Origin: Anthoceros angustus
Lineage: Eukaryota > Plantae > Anthocerotophyta
Length of the DNA: 64,000 nt
Reading direction: 5' to 3'
Assembly: GCA_010909165.1 (NCBI GenBank)
Contig: MU008170.1
Span: forward strand, 248,001 to 312,000
The translations under genes and the position numbers were made by a program. Positions 47,276 to 58,399 of the stretch are shown piece after piece. Positions within the stretch are counted from its first letter, which is position 1, and each line of letters starts with the position of its first letter. The notes beneath the pieces are model-generated. The model was not told the DNA's origin, searched no databases, and saw nothing but the letters and a program-made list of their open reading frames with translations.

Positions 47276-47990
47276 TTAAGCTCTAGTCTTGTGATCAATT
47301 CCTTCGTCCAAAGGACCTCCGTCATCCCCTTCCTGGTCACTGTCCTCCTCTCCAGGCTGCAGATAAGGTCGAAGTTGATATAGTCTATCTCGAATAGCCT
47401 TCTTGTCGGAAGCGTAAAGGTGCTTCCTTCCATTCAGGTTGAACCCATAGTAGAGAATGATAATCTTATCCACAAATAGTTTCTGAATGTTTTTGGGTAA
47501 GATTCTCTTCCCCACCTTCTTCCCATTTCGCGTTCGACGATTATCTGGTCCTCTAACAAAGAACTCTTCAACATATTTCCTTTCAAATGCATCAGTGTGC
47601 TCAGTCCTATACCAATTGACCATGAGAATTGGGTTCGCATAGTCGAATTCTACGCTTTCCACCTTCCCAATTCAGAAAGCCCTGTTATGTGTATCTCCTG
47701 AACATGGACTTGCAATGAACATACCTTTCCTTATCGCCTTCACACCTCCATTCATTCTTTCTATCTCTTGTTGTTGTCGACCTGTATTCGGGTGAGCTCC
47801 CAAATACATATTTCTTTGAGGAACTTCTCTGAGTAAAGCTTCATCAAGTACAAACTCCTCGGGCACTTGAAGTGGCGGCATGTTTTCCTCCATCTCTTCT
47901 CTGTTGTACCACCTCCATGGCTATTGAAGTACAAGAGCAATATTGTTCTCTACAATAGTGGCAATTCCTTCCGGTCAACCCAAAACAACC
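47276..47990 (-). pseudogene. Disrupted C-terminal fragment of a probable DNA-transposon protein
   Basis: ORFs 47672-47893 and 47276-47662 are in one frame, split by a TGA in F(W)IGKV. Pattern KGMFIA..F(W)IGKV..LMVNWY..IIILYYGFNL followed by an acidic tail. Family assignment is tentative. Confidence 0.4.
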
Positions 47991-48949
47991 TCCACCACAC
48001 CCTCTCCGCCGACGTGATATACGTGGCCAACCCTACTAGAAATGGCAGCCCATGTTACACTTTATGTTAAGATTTGGACCCCTAGATGTAACACTTATGT
48101 TGCAATTTTGGGGTCATGTAACACTTTTTGGGCCTCTTGTTACACTTTGGCTGGAAACCAAACCGGGCCGTTTGTTGCAACCATGTTGCAATGGTGTTGC
48201 AATTATGTTGAGATGAGGAGAGAGGTGCTTTTGTCCTCTCTCAAGATTGCAACAAGATTGCAACATATAAAGTGTTACAAGAAAAGTCTTGTAACACTTT
48301 TGGAGGCTTGGTACCGAACCTCCTCCCCATCTACCTTCCTCCTTTTCTACTATTACCCTATGGAATACCTAGTTTTACTTAGTAGTTCCCACTGATACTC
48401 GTATGAATACACATATACATAAATACATGTATGAATATATTCTTCGTAAAATACTCGTATTGTTCATGGTGATATATACTATACGGCAATTTCCTATGGT
48501 ATACGGTCATATTCCATTTTGTATAAAATAAGCATATGCGTCACACGGATAACGTACATACTTTGTACACGTCCACGATACGTTTACAAGTTTTTCCTTG
48601 AGCACTCAGTGCCTTTTGTGCCCTCTGAGTTTGTGCTACTGCGGACCCATGTTTGCTATCTTGCGGCGTGGGTTGTTTGGCTCAAGTCCTCCTCCTTCTC
48701 TCTCCCCTAGACAAGCCTCATGTCCGCGCCTTTTGCCCCCCTCGACCATGGCTGCTGTTGGTTGCTCCTCCTATCCTCCCTCGCCACCCCTCTTCCACTC
48801 CCTTGCGTTGTTTTCACATCACACTCAACACATGTTTGTTGCTGGTGACAGTACACTCGCCCTTCTTTGTGCTCGACACCACAGCCCTCAAACACGTCCC
48901 TCCTACCGTGCGGCCTTGTCACTTCCTATTCACCCAAGACCCTGCCCTA

Positions 48950-49575
48950 CTAGCATCGCCTTCTCTAATGTCACATCACAGTCTGTTCGCATCAAATAAA
49001 ATTTTGAGGTAGGAAATCACAGGATGGAATGGGTCTTAGCCTCACCTTAAGCTTGCAACTATACATGTACATGAGACCCCGCCATTCTTCCATCGCCTTC
49101 CTAACTTCACATCATGATGCAGTTACGCATGAAAAATTTGAGATAGGAAATATGACATGGAATGGGTCTTGGCACGACCTTGCAACTACTTGCGATTGTA
49201 CATGTACACGAGACACCGCCATGCTACTATCGCCTTCTCTAACATCAAATCACTAGCTAGTTCATTTGAAAAATTTTGAGGAAATCACGTATTGGAATAG
49301 GTCTTGGCACGACCTTGCAATCTCGCAAGTACAAGATGCTGCGGTTATCGTGATCATACACCATCCCTTCACCAACATCATGTCACCTAGTTCACATCGG
49401 TGAAAAATTAAGGCTAAATCACGGCATGGGCAGGTTGAAATCACGGCATGGAAGCGGGTCTCTACTTGAAATCACACGGCATGGAGCGGGTCTCTACTTG
49501 AAATCACGGCATGGAGCAGGTCTCTGCAGAAATCCGATGGAGCGGGTCTCTTGAAATCCACGGCATGGAGCAGGC
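48950..49575. repeat. Degenerate ~135-bp tandem units followed by ~30-bp units derived from them
   Basis: atcgccttc..aaaa(t)tttgag..ggaat(g/a)ggtctt recurs about 3.5 times, then gaaatcacggcatggagcgggtctctactt about 5-6 times. Confidence 0.8.
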
Positions 49576-49760
49576 CTCCTCCTCTTCCTTTCCCTCCTCC
49601 TCCTCCTTCCCATCTCCCCTCCTCTTCCAGTCCCCTCTCCCCCTCCTCTTGCTCCTCTTCTTTTCCATCTTCCCTTCCTCCTCCTTATTATCTCCCCTCC
49701 ATCCCTTTCGCTTTTCCCCCTCCTCTCCCTCTCGCCTCCCTCCTCCTCCTACTCCTCATA
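49575..49760. repeat. Polypyrimidine (C/T) low-complexity tract
   Basis: About 185 bp almost exclusively C and T on the plus strand. Confidence 0.9.
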
Positions 49761-50803
49761 CCTGACTGTGGTGCCGGGGATGGTAGCCACCTCTTCCTTC
49801 GCCGCGTCGCCCTCACCGCACACACTCAGTAAATTACCCATCCACCCTTCCAGTGGAACATTATTGCAAGCAAAGTGGCATTGTGCCACCAGGTAGAACA
49901 AATATGCAGGAAAAGTGGCATTGGGCACAGGAAGTGGAAGACAGACATAGAGCAAATGACTAAGGTGGAACGCACATGTGGCAGAGTGGAACAGAATTGC
50001 AGGCAAAGTAGCATTGTACACACAAGTGAAACAAACTGCAGATAAATTGACATTGACACACCAAGCGGGGGAGAAACACATAGCACATGACTAGGGTGCG
50101 ACGCACATGTCGCTCAACAACCAGGTCTGAGTAACTGACCAAGATAAGCTAGTGCATGGTGCACTTCACATGACCCTACATAGGAGGGCCATCCTGGGTG
50201 CTCCTCAGAGGATACTAGGTAGTCTAGAGGGACTTAGCGACCAGGTATGCGGAACAAGCAGGTAAATCAGCCATGTTAGACAACCTTGGAGAGACAAACT
50301 AAAAAACAAGCACAACCTACCTATAGGTGGCTGCTGCTCATGTCCTATGGGCCTCCCTACAATGAGAAGGGGCTCTTCCTCCTTGACTCCTGCAGCCTTC
50401 ACCACCTCCCTTTCTCCTCCTCGTATTTCTGTTTCTTATTCCTTCGGATTGTGTCTTCTAGTAAATACCCTCGGTTCACCTCGGCGCAAGTTTCTCAGAG
50501 AATCCCAAGGGCCATAAGCCTAGGATCCGCTTCTCCCAGTGGGCCTCAACTCGTACATGCCATAAACAAGAACATCAATTTCCCTCCATTCTTCTTCACT
50601 GAGGGCATCAGTTCCCCGCCAACCATGCCCCTCGCTAAAACTAGGGGGGCCAAAAAGCTTCTCCACCTCCTCATTCCCCAACATTTCCCTCAGTCCATTT
50701 GCGAGCCCCAAGTCTTTGACATCCACCCAGCTGCGGAGGTACGTATTCTGATAGGGTTATCGGTCAGTTAAACCTAAACACATAGTTATTCAGACTAGGG
50801 TTA

Positions 50804-53800
50804 TGTGGATTAGGGTTACATACACGAACAGTCGTGTAGTCAGTATAAAACAATGTTTTTGTATTGCATTCATAATTAATCCAACTATCAAGAGTTCATG
50901 CAACCTTCGCTTCTGCTCCATAGTTTTCATGGTATCAGAGCCATGCTCTGTTTTCCTGCTAAGATCTCCTAAGAATGCCGAGGCAGGGTGGATCTAGAGG
51001 AAGCCGGTGTGGTGGACCTCCAAGAAATTACAATCAGAAAGGTCGCCCACGAAAGCAAACAGCAACATTGCCTATTGACACGTTCTTTGGACCTCTGATG
51101 CAGTACTGCACTCTGGCTAAAACGTTTGTAAGTGACACCCTCTGACCGGCTCATCTTTCCACGAGAAGCAGGAGGAGTGGATCGCACATGTGGGGGCGTT
51201 AATGTGGGAGACGATCGGATACATTCTTTAGACCTAGAACAGAGGCATCTTCCTCTTGCTCAAGACAGTCTGTGCCACAATAAGGAGACAACACCATCAG
51301 TGACCCCACACAATTCAGGAACCAAACTAGTGGCAGATCATTGGTTACCTTAGATTGTGTGGAGAAGGTGTTAACTTTAGCGCTTGCAAATCAGGAGTCT
51401 ACCGAGGCAGTCGTGACCTAATTTTCCTTTTGAACAAGCTATCTCAGCCTGCAAAGTGGACATCAAGCAAGATATTGATTATTTGACTGAAATCTTGAAA
51501 AAGATGGACCTTAGATTGCAGGGTTTGAAGATTGGTTTACCCATTCATCTTTGATTACATAATGGCCCATGCTCCTTGAGCACCTCCGCTGCGATCGAGT
51601 GGAGCACTCCTGGCGCAGGAGCAGTCTCAGCCAGGATCTGAAGCGGCGCAATGGAACACGCACCCCTTCACCTTGCACCTCTTGTCTGCACCTGATTCGT
51701 CCAACTGTGAACGTCTGTTCATACGATAGGGACGTGACGGTTAGTTTTAAGCCCTAATTTTCAATTTTAGTTTTTGAATCGACATCTGTTTTAGGGTTAT
51801 GCCTACAAGTGCAACTGTTCACTAGTGTTTGAAAGGAAGTTGAGGAGTTCAGCACGAGAAGGGCATGTCTCCCTGGTATCCCCTCCTCGGGCTGAACCTT
51901 CCCAACCACCCCTCCTGCACCTAATGGTCAATCCCTACGATTCAAGCATGGAGTTGGGCACACTAGGCATGGATACTTATCTGTCCTATAGGAACCATAG
52001 CTCCGTATAGCTTCCTTGTTATACCTGACCTGGAAGTCCAAACATGGCTTCATCAAATTCACATCCGACCCCAGCACTGTCATTCACTTCAGAATTGAAG
52101 GAAAAGGATCGGTTTAAGGGAAATGGTTACCTCATTTGGCGAGTCAGGATTAAGGCCATCATGCGTCCGGTGGAGTGGCGATCCTCGATGGCACTTTCAA
52201 GCGATCTCCTTCCACACACACGATGATCATGCCAAGTGGATGCACCACAATGGTGTCGCTATGGCCCTCCTAATCAATGGCCTAGATGCAGATCTTGTGC
52301 CTGATATTGAGTTCATGGACATAGCGGAGGCTATCTGGCACCAGTTAGAAACCACTTGTCGTCACCAACATCCGTTGTTATCACCGCAAGAATGGCGCTT
52401 TTATGCTTTGAAAATGAAGGAAGGAGAGAAGCTGCTCATACGGCAAGTTTCGACATCTTAGGCCCGGATCACTGCTGAGGTAACAAGATGCTGTAAGTGT
52501 ATCCAGTACTCAGTCTCCCACCTTCATATCAATTTTGTCACATCAAAAGCGGACTGTCCAGACTGCTGCCTGGCCGCCAAGTGAGGACATCATCTGGCGA
52601 CTTTATCGAGGAACAGGCTCATTTTTCCTGTCATTCCTAAGAACAAATCGAGAGAGTATTAGTGAATTTACGCCTTCGAGGCAAGGCCAAATTCGTGGGA
52701 GCACTCACCTACCGCGGTTCATGGACAATGAATCGCTAGCTCCTCCACCAAACGTCCAGGTTCTTGCAATTGGTGTGGCACCCTTGGCCATTGGGCAAGG
52801 CGCATAAAGAAGCGGTGAGCACTTAGCGGCGGTAGAGCTAATCTGCATCAAGGAGAAAAATTCTGGAGAAACCAAGGCACCGGTCAAGATACTTACTGTT
52901 TGCCTCTCCAACTTCCTACATGATGATGGTAGCTGGTACCTGGACTCCGGCGCTACGACTCACATCTGCAAGGACAGGGAGTTATTTACTACCCTTGACT
53001 TTGGTCATGTCAATGACAAGGTCCTGCTTGATGATGAGCAAAGTACAACAAGTCTGCCCATTGAAGGCAGGGGTACTTGTCAGCAGTGCGGTTAGTCCTC
53101 AGATTAGATGATGTCTTGTTTGTTCCATGCATGGCCAAAAATCTCATGTCCATGAGCCATTTGATGCGTCTGCGTATACTATATCGTCGCGATTCTAATC
53201 AACGCTCTTTCTGAGAAAAGGCATACCCAGATACATGTGTTTTCAAAGGTATCTTAGACCATGATGTATATAAACTAAATATCACTTGCAGCTCTGCCAT
53301 TGTTCCCAAGCATCTGCACTCCACGCCAGTCGATTAGTTCAAAGATGCAGGCGGTGTGCATGAGATTGGGACATGTCAGCGGAGTCTAAGCTAATTGACA
53401 TGTCAGTTATGGAGTGTCACAGGGAGCTTCCCAAATGTTTTAAAGACTTACCAGTCTGTGAATCTTGCATCTTGGCCAAGCAAAAAGAATCTCCTTTTCC
53501 TAATGCTTCCGCACATAGAGCCACACAAGTCCTGGAGTTAGTGCACGCTGACATATCATGGAAGATCCATGAGCCATCCTTAGGTGGTTCCCGATATTTC
53601 TTTACTCTAATTGACGATTACAGTCGTTACACCTGGACCTTTCCCATGCATATGAAAAGTGACATCTTTAGTTACTTCAAGGAATGGCTCTTAACTGCTC
53701 AAAGACAATCTGGCATGCTTCTCAAGACTTTAAGGACAGACAATGGGTCGGAGTTCGTCAACTCATCTTTTGATGAGGCGCCGAGCATGGGACCACTTGA

Positions 53801-54000
53801 CACGGTTAGTATGCCTGCACGCCACAACAAAGCGGCATTTGAGGAGGAAAACCAAACCCTCACAGGAATGACGAGGGCATCTTGATAATGGGCGGGCTTA
53901 CCACGAGTCTTGGGGTGATGATTCTTCGCAACCTATATCTGAATAGGGTCCTTACAAGTTCGGTCCACGGAGACTCCATATGAGGTCTTGTGGGCTTCTG
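50804..54000 (+). mobile_element. Degenerate Ty1/copia element (short 5' LTR, PBS, gag, protease, integrase)
   Basis: TG..CA at ~50804-50929 directly followed by PBS tggtatcagagcc (50930-50942). gag FKGNGYLIWRVRIKA, protease WYLDSGATTHICKDRE, integrase CESCILAKQK..LELVHADI..YFFTLIDDYSRYTW..KTLRTDNGSEF. Confidence 0.85.
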
Positions 54001-54559
54001 ACTCCATTGGGGGTTAGAAATAAGTGGGGTTTTGTTTTTCGTGGGTCAGAAGAATAAAATATAAGGCGGAAAAGGAGGAATAAGCGGGATTGCTCGGGGA
54101 TCAATGCTCAGGAGTATACTCCGGACTCGGGAGTGGTGTGACCTCGGTACCACTCGGCGAGCTACGGATTTGCGCCGGGTATTGGGATAAGTGGGACCCA
54201 CTCCCGGGTCAAGCAGGATGTAATCGCTTGATAATTTAGAAGATGTGTCGTGAAGACGGTGGCGCCACGTGGGCGGCCACAGTGGAGGTCGGGCATGCGG
54301 CGGCCAGGACGTAGCCGAGGCGTTATAGCAGTATTCACGCCCCGGTATGCGCGGCGGCGTAAGGCGGTCTGGCAGCGGCGTAAAGCCGCAGTAAGCCATA
54401 CGAGACCTCGGGTGCAGGAAGGCACCCTCCCGGATTACTTCCAATGGCGGCCCGACGAGAGGAGGTCATTTCTCTGTGCGACCTCGAGACAATTCTCGCA
54501 GTCTCTTGCGCTCCGCTGTTGGAAGTAAAGCCAATGTCTAGTCTAAGTGACATTAGGGT

Positions 54560-56765
54560 TTTTGGTCATAAGCCGACCGGCGCCAAGCAACCCGGTAAAC
54601 CAATGCACGCTGAGTATTTGTTGTGAAGGATAAAGGAGAGAATTCAAAAGCCACAGTGAAGATTCTCACCATTTGCCTAACAAGTTCTTTGCCACGATGT
54701 CGGAGGTGGTATCTCGATTGGAGCTACCACTCACATACGCAATGATAAGAGGCTGTTCTCCAAGGCGTGACTGCGTCACATGAAGAAGATCTTTGTTAGG
54801 AGATGAAAGAAGTGACCTTTGGACTTCAAGTGGAGGGACACGGACGATGTACCTTCATTCTCAGCGATGGTTGTACAACACATCGAAGGAGTTCTCTATG
54901 TACGACATGGCGAAAAACCTCCTGTCAATGAGCAAGCTCATGCGGTTGCATGCGTATGAGATACGTGTGAATGATGAGGCTGCTGCTTTACGAAGTCTTC
55001 TCCTTACATGCATGCATTCGGGGCGTCCTTGATCATGACTTGTACAAATTAGAGTTGAGTGTTCTCTGAGCACATGCGTCATTACGCTTACGGTGACATG
55101 ACCTCTGGTCGATTAGCTTCCTTGTGGCATGCACGCTTAGGTCATGCCAATAGAAACAAAGCGATATACATGTCTAACAAGGGACGTCATAGGGAACCAT
55201 TACCTAACTGCTTTAAGGACTTACCTGTCTGTGAATCGTGTATCCTTGCTAAGCAGAAAGGACTCCCTTTCCCAAGATTGCACATAGAGCAACCTCTGTG
55301 TTAGAGCTTATGCATGCTGACATCTCAGGAAAAATACATACGCCTTCACTTGGAGGGGCCTTGTACTACCTGACTCTGACAGATGATTACGCCGGTACTG
55401 TGGACCATCCCCATGCGCTCAAGAGCGATACCTTCTTGCTTGGACCGCCGCCACCAACGTCATCGTAGCTCGCTCAAAACCTTGCGCAGTGATAATGGGA
55501 TGGAGTTTGTTAATCATGCGTTTGATGAGTACTTATCCGAGGCATTCAGAGACAACATTGTGCCAGATACTCAAGAAGAAATGGCGTAGTCAACGAAAAA
55601 CCAAACCTTGCCGGGTATGACGAGGAGTATGTTGCTTTGGCTGGCCTACCTCAAGAATATTGGGCAGGGTGGTCACAGCCACATACATATTGGAATGGTG
55701 GTTCGACTAGCTCGAAGGGGCACTTTTGAGGTATTCTCAAGGCCGTCAAGAAGCTCCAAATTTACTATCTCAAGGTGTTCGCTCTAAGGCTTTTGCCTAT
55801 ATCCCCAGAGAAGAGGAAAAGTTAGATAACCGTGCCTCTGTAGTCTCTTATTTGTTGGTTATGTGAGCATGTCAAAGCTTATAAGTTGTATGATCCGTAT
55901 CACGTATAATGACCTTAGCACGAAGTGTCACCTTTGTTGAATCATACACGCTTACACACATGCTCCCCGCCATGTTTGAGAACTCGTGAGGAGACACCCC
56001 GGACGAGGAATCGACGCTTACCTTCCCTTTGATGACACCGAAAAACCAGCAGATGATGATCCGAGGACCCCAATCCTCCAACGTCTCGACAATACCAAGA
56101 TACGATTAGCCTGTGACCCACCACGATCATGTCGACACCATGGACGATATGGAGGACATGGTCCCGGATTTATCCGGGTGATGCAAGACACCTTGACGAG
56201 TTGGTGATCGACCATGACCAGCAGGTATCTGCTCGTGGTCTTACACCGTGCGCGGTGCCGATCCCGATGCGCCTGCCCTTAGACGTTCTACGGCACACAC
56301 ACAGCCCTGCTCCAAAGATGCTGGAGTGAGCCACGCTACTACCTGCTGATTTCTGTGACATCCTCCTACTGCTTTTGCGCCATCATGACATCCTTCCCCG
56401 TCAAGAACCTAGCTCCTATAAACAAGCTCGCTGGCCCCTGATGCCAAGTGGCAACTCATGGAGGCCTTCTTTGCTCAAAAACAAGACTGAAACTTGTCGA
56501 TTTCCCGGTCGCAAGGCCATCTCCTCGCAAGTGGGTTTTAAATTAAAACTCATGCACACGGAGCTATTGCACGATATAAAGCCAGGCTCGAGGCTAGAGG
56601 CTTTACTCGTAGAGGGCCGGACTCATCAGAGACTTTCTCCCAGCTTGTTCGAGCCCACCCATTCGCATCTTACTTGCTCTTGCGAAGAGTTAGATCTCGG
56701 ACTTATAGCAATGATGGATGTGTGTAACGCCTTCTTGTATGGTGACCTAGATGAAGACCTGTACA
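54560..56765 (+). mobile_element. Second, related Ty1/copia pol segment (protease, integrase, start of RT), heavily frameshifted
   Basis: WYLD.., MAKNLLSMS, LWHARLGH, CESCILAKQK, KTLRSDNGMEF, EPSSYKQA and MDVCNAFLYGDLDEDLYM. The sequence breaks off at ~56765. Confidence 0.85.
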
Positions 56766-57169
56766 TGATGGTTATATTAGAGATGTGGTGGAGCGTGGGT
56801 CATAAGGTTGGCTACATATGGCTACATTTGCCAACGTTGTGATGTGTTAACAAAGGCCGGTGAAGCATAAATACTACAACACATGTCGTGTTTAGGGCGG
56901 ATGACTACTCAAGATACTTGGTCAGCTAGTGGCTTATCTCGGGAGGTGGGGCGTGAACCCGGTTCCCTAGGTGTTGTTGAGTTGTGTCTATGGTTCCTTC
57001 GAGACAAGGGATAAGCATAAGCCCGCACAATAATAATGCGTTAGGTCACCAGGTAAGGGTGTTAGTACTAGGAGATGGGGAGTAAACATCACACGNCAAT
57101 CACTGATTTGCTCCAAGTGGATTAGGCATTGTAGAGTCATGAACCTAACGGACTGTATTATTCGTCCCC

Positions 57170-57644
57170 TACTCCCAGGAACATTTTCGCTCATTTCTTC
57201 GTTAGTGAGGTCATCGTCCAAAACGTCGCGAACGGCCGAATATACGAAACCTTCGAATCCGATCTGTTCTTGAAGTGCTGCGAGGTAACCGCACCACAAG
57301 AGCTGCAGCGCTGGTCATCGTCATTCTTCAACATGCTGCCGGCGACAATCTTGCGCAATTCGTTGGTTTCCGGAATGATTTTCCAATCCGGTCGCTGGAT
57401 CCCGCTTCAATTCTTTGATAAACGGAACTTGCTTTCTTCGTCCTCAGTTGTGGACAGCAAAAGGAACGATTTCATCAAACATTTCTCGCGTGATGAAATT
57501 CCATTCGAGAAGAGCCTGAATATGCCCGCGCCAGATAAGGTGGACAATTGGGGTGTCGCGGTGTTCGAGATGTTCGATGATGCGCGACCTGTACTCCTCA
57601 ACATTTCTCGCTCGACCCAACTTTGACCTTTCAAGTAAGATCAT
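57170..57644 (-). CDS. Putative bacterial immunity protein with a duplicated WxG(H/Y)xxALxE domain; frameshifted in this sequence
   Basis: The ATG at 57644 is preceded by aggagg-caaa. The repeats IVHLIWRGHIQALLEWNFITREMFDEIV and LQLLWCGYLAALQEQIGFEGFVYSAVRDVL lie immediately downstream of the toxin-like ORF. The 3' end is approximate. Confidence 0.6.
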
Positions 57645-57655
57645 TTTGCCTCCTA
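57645..57655 (-). promoter_or_regulatory. Shine-Dalgarno sequence overlapping the toxin stop codon
   Basis: Minus strand cat TAG gagg caaa ATG contains AGGAGG 4 nt before the next ATG. Confidence 0.7.
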
Positions 57656-58045
57656 ATGGTAACTCGTCCCCTCCGGTGTCAGCACAGTCATTGAATCCAC
57701 TGATCTGATGCCTCGATCTTCGAAATGTCCTCCGGCACGCTTCATCCTGTCGATCGCGGCTTCCTTCGTCGCGCTTGTGCCTCGGGCATCGATTAGTACG
57801 TTGGTCGGCTGACCAGGAGGCCGTTGTCCGGCCGCCGATCGAATTTGCTTGGAGATTGATCCGGAGATCTGTCTGGGATCACTTGATGTCGTCTTCGATT
57901 CTTTAATTTCGTAGTTGACACCATTAAATTTCACATCGTTTGTGCGTCCCGACTTTCCTTGCTCGGCTCGTGGCGTGACCACGAACGTATCCACTCCATC
58001 CGCCCGGCGCTCATTCACAATCTGCCGTTCGTGAACGCTTAGGCG
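57653..58045 (-). CDS. Bacterial-type polymorphic toxin C-terminal nuclease domain (CdiA-CT tRNase-like, PD-(D/E)XK fold), 5'-truncated
   Basis: LSVHERQIVNERRADG..GRTNDVKFNGVNYEIKE..ISKQIRSAAGQ..NVLIDARGTSATKEAA..VDSMTVLT. The E..D..(D/N)G..E-x-K..Q..IDARG pattern is typical of CdiA_C-like toxin tips. Intronless. Confidence 0.7.
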   Translation of the reverse strand, partial: RLSVHERQIVNERRADGVDTFVVTPRAEQGKSGRTNDVKFNGVNYEIKESKTTSSDPRQISGSISKQIRSAAGQRPPGQPTNVLIDARGTSATKEAAIDRMKRAGGHFEDRGIRSVDSMTVLTPEGTSYH

Positions 58046-58226
58046 GTGCAGGGTGTGGCGCCTTGCAGTGTGTGTGTGTGTGCATGAAGTGTGAGTGCAT
58101 AAAGTCCGATCTGCGCACAGGTAGACGCCTGGTGGATCCGGCGCCTGCGGCCGGAAATAAGTCGCTAGGGTTTGGCGTGGGACCCACCTTTAGTCGGGCA
58201 ACTACCCAGAGTGGTGAGAGCCACCA

Positions 58227-58308
58227 CCGGAATAAGATTTGGCATCGTGGAATAAGATTTGTGGTCGTGGAATAAGATTCGTGGTTGTGGAATAAGATCC
58301 GTGGTAGT
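58227..58308. repeat. 4 x 20-bp tandem repeat
   Basis: ggaataagat at 58229, 58249, 58269 and 58289. Confidence 0.9.
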
Positions 58309-58399
58309 GTCGGGAGGTAGTAGTTGAGTAGATAGGTAAGAGAAGTAATAGTGTAAGTCCCGACTTAGGTGAAGGTCGTGAGCGATAGAAGTTAGCGCC

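Noticed and set aside
58227-58308. Repeat-spacer-like pattern next to the bacterial-type genes
   Set aside because: The 20-bp period with related intervening bases is far too short for CRISPR, and no cas genes are present.
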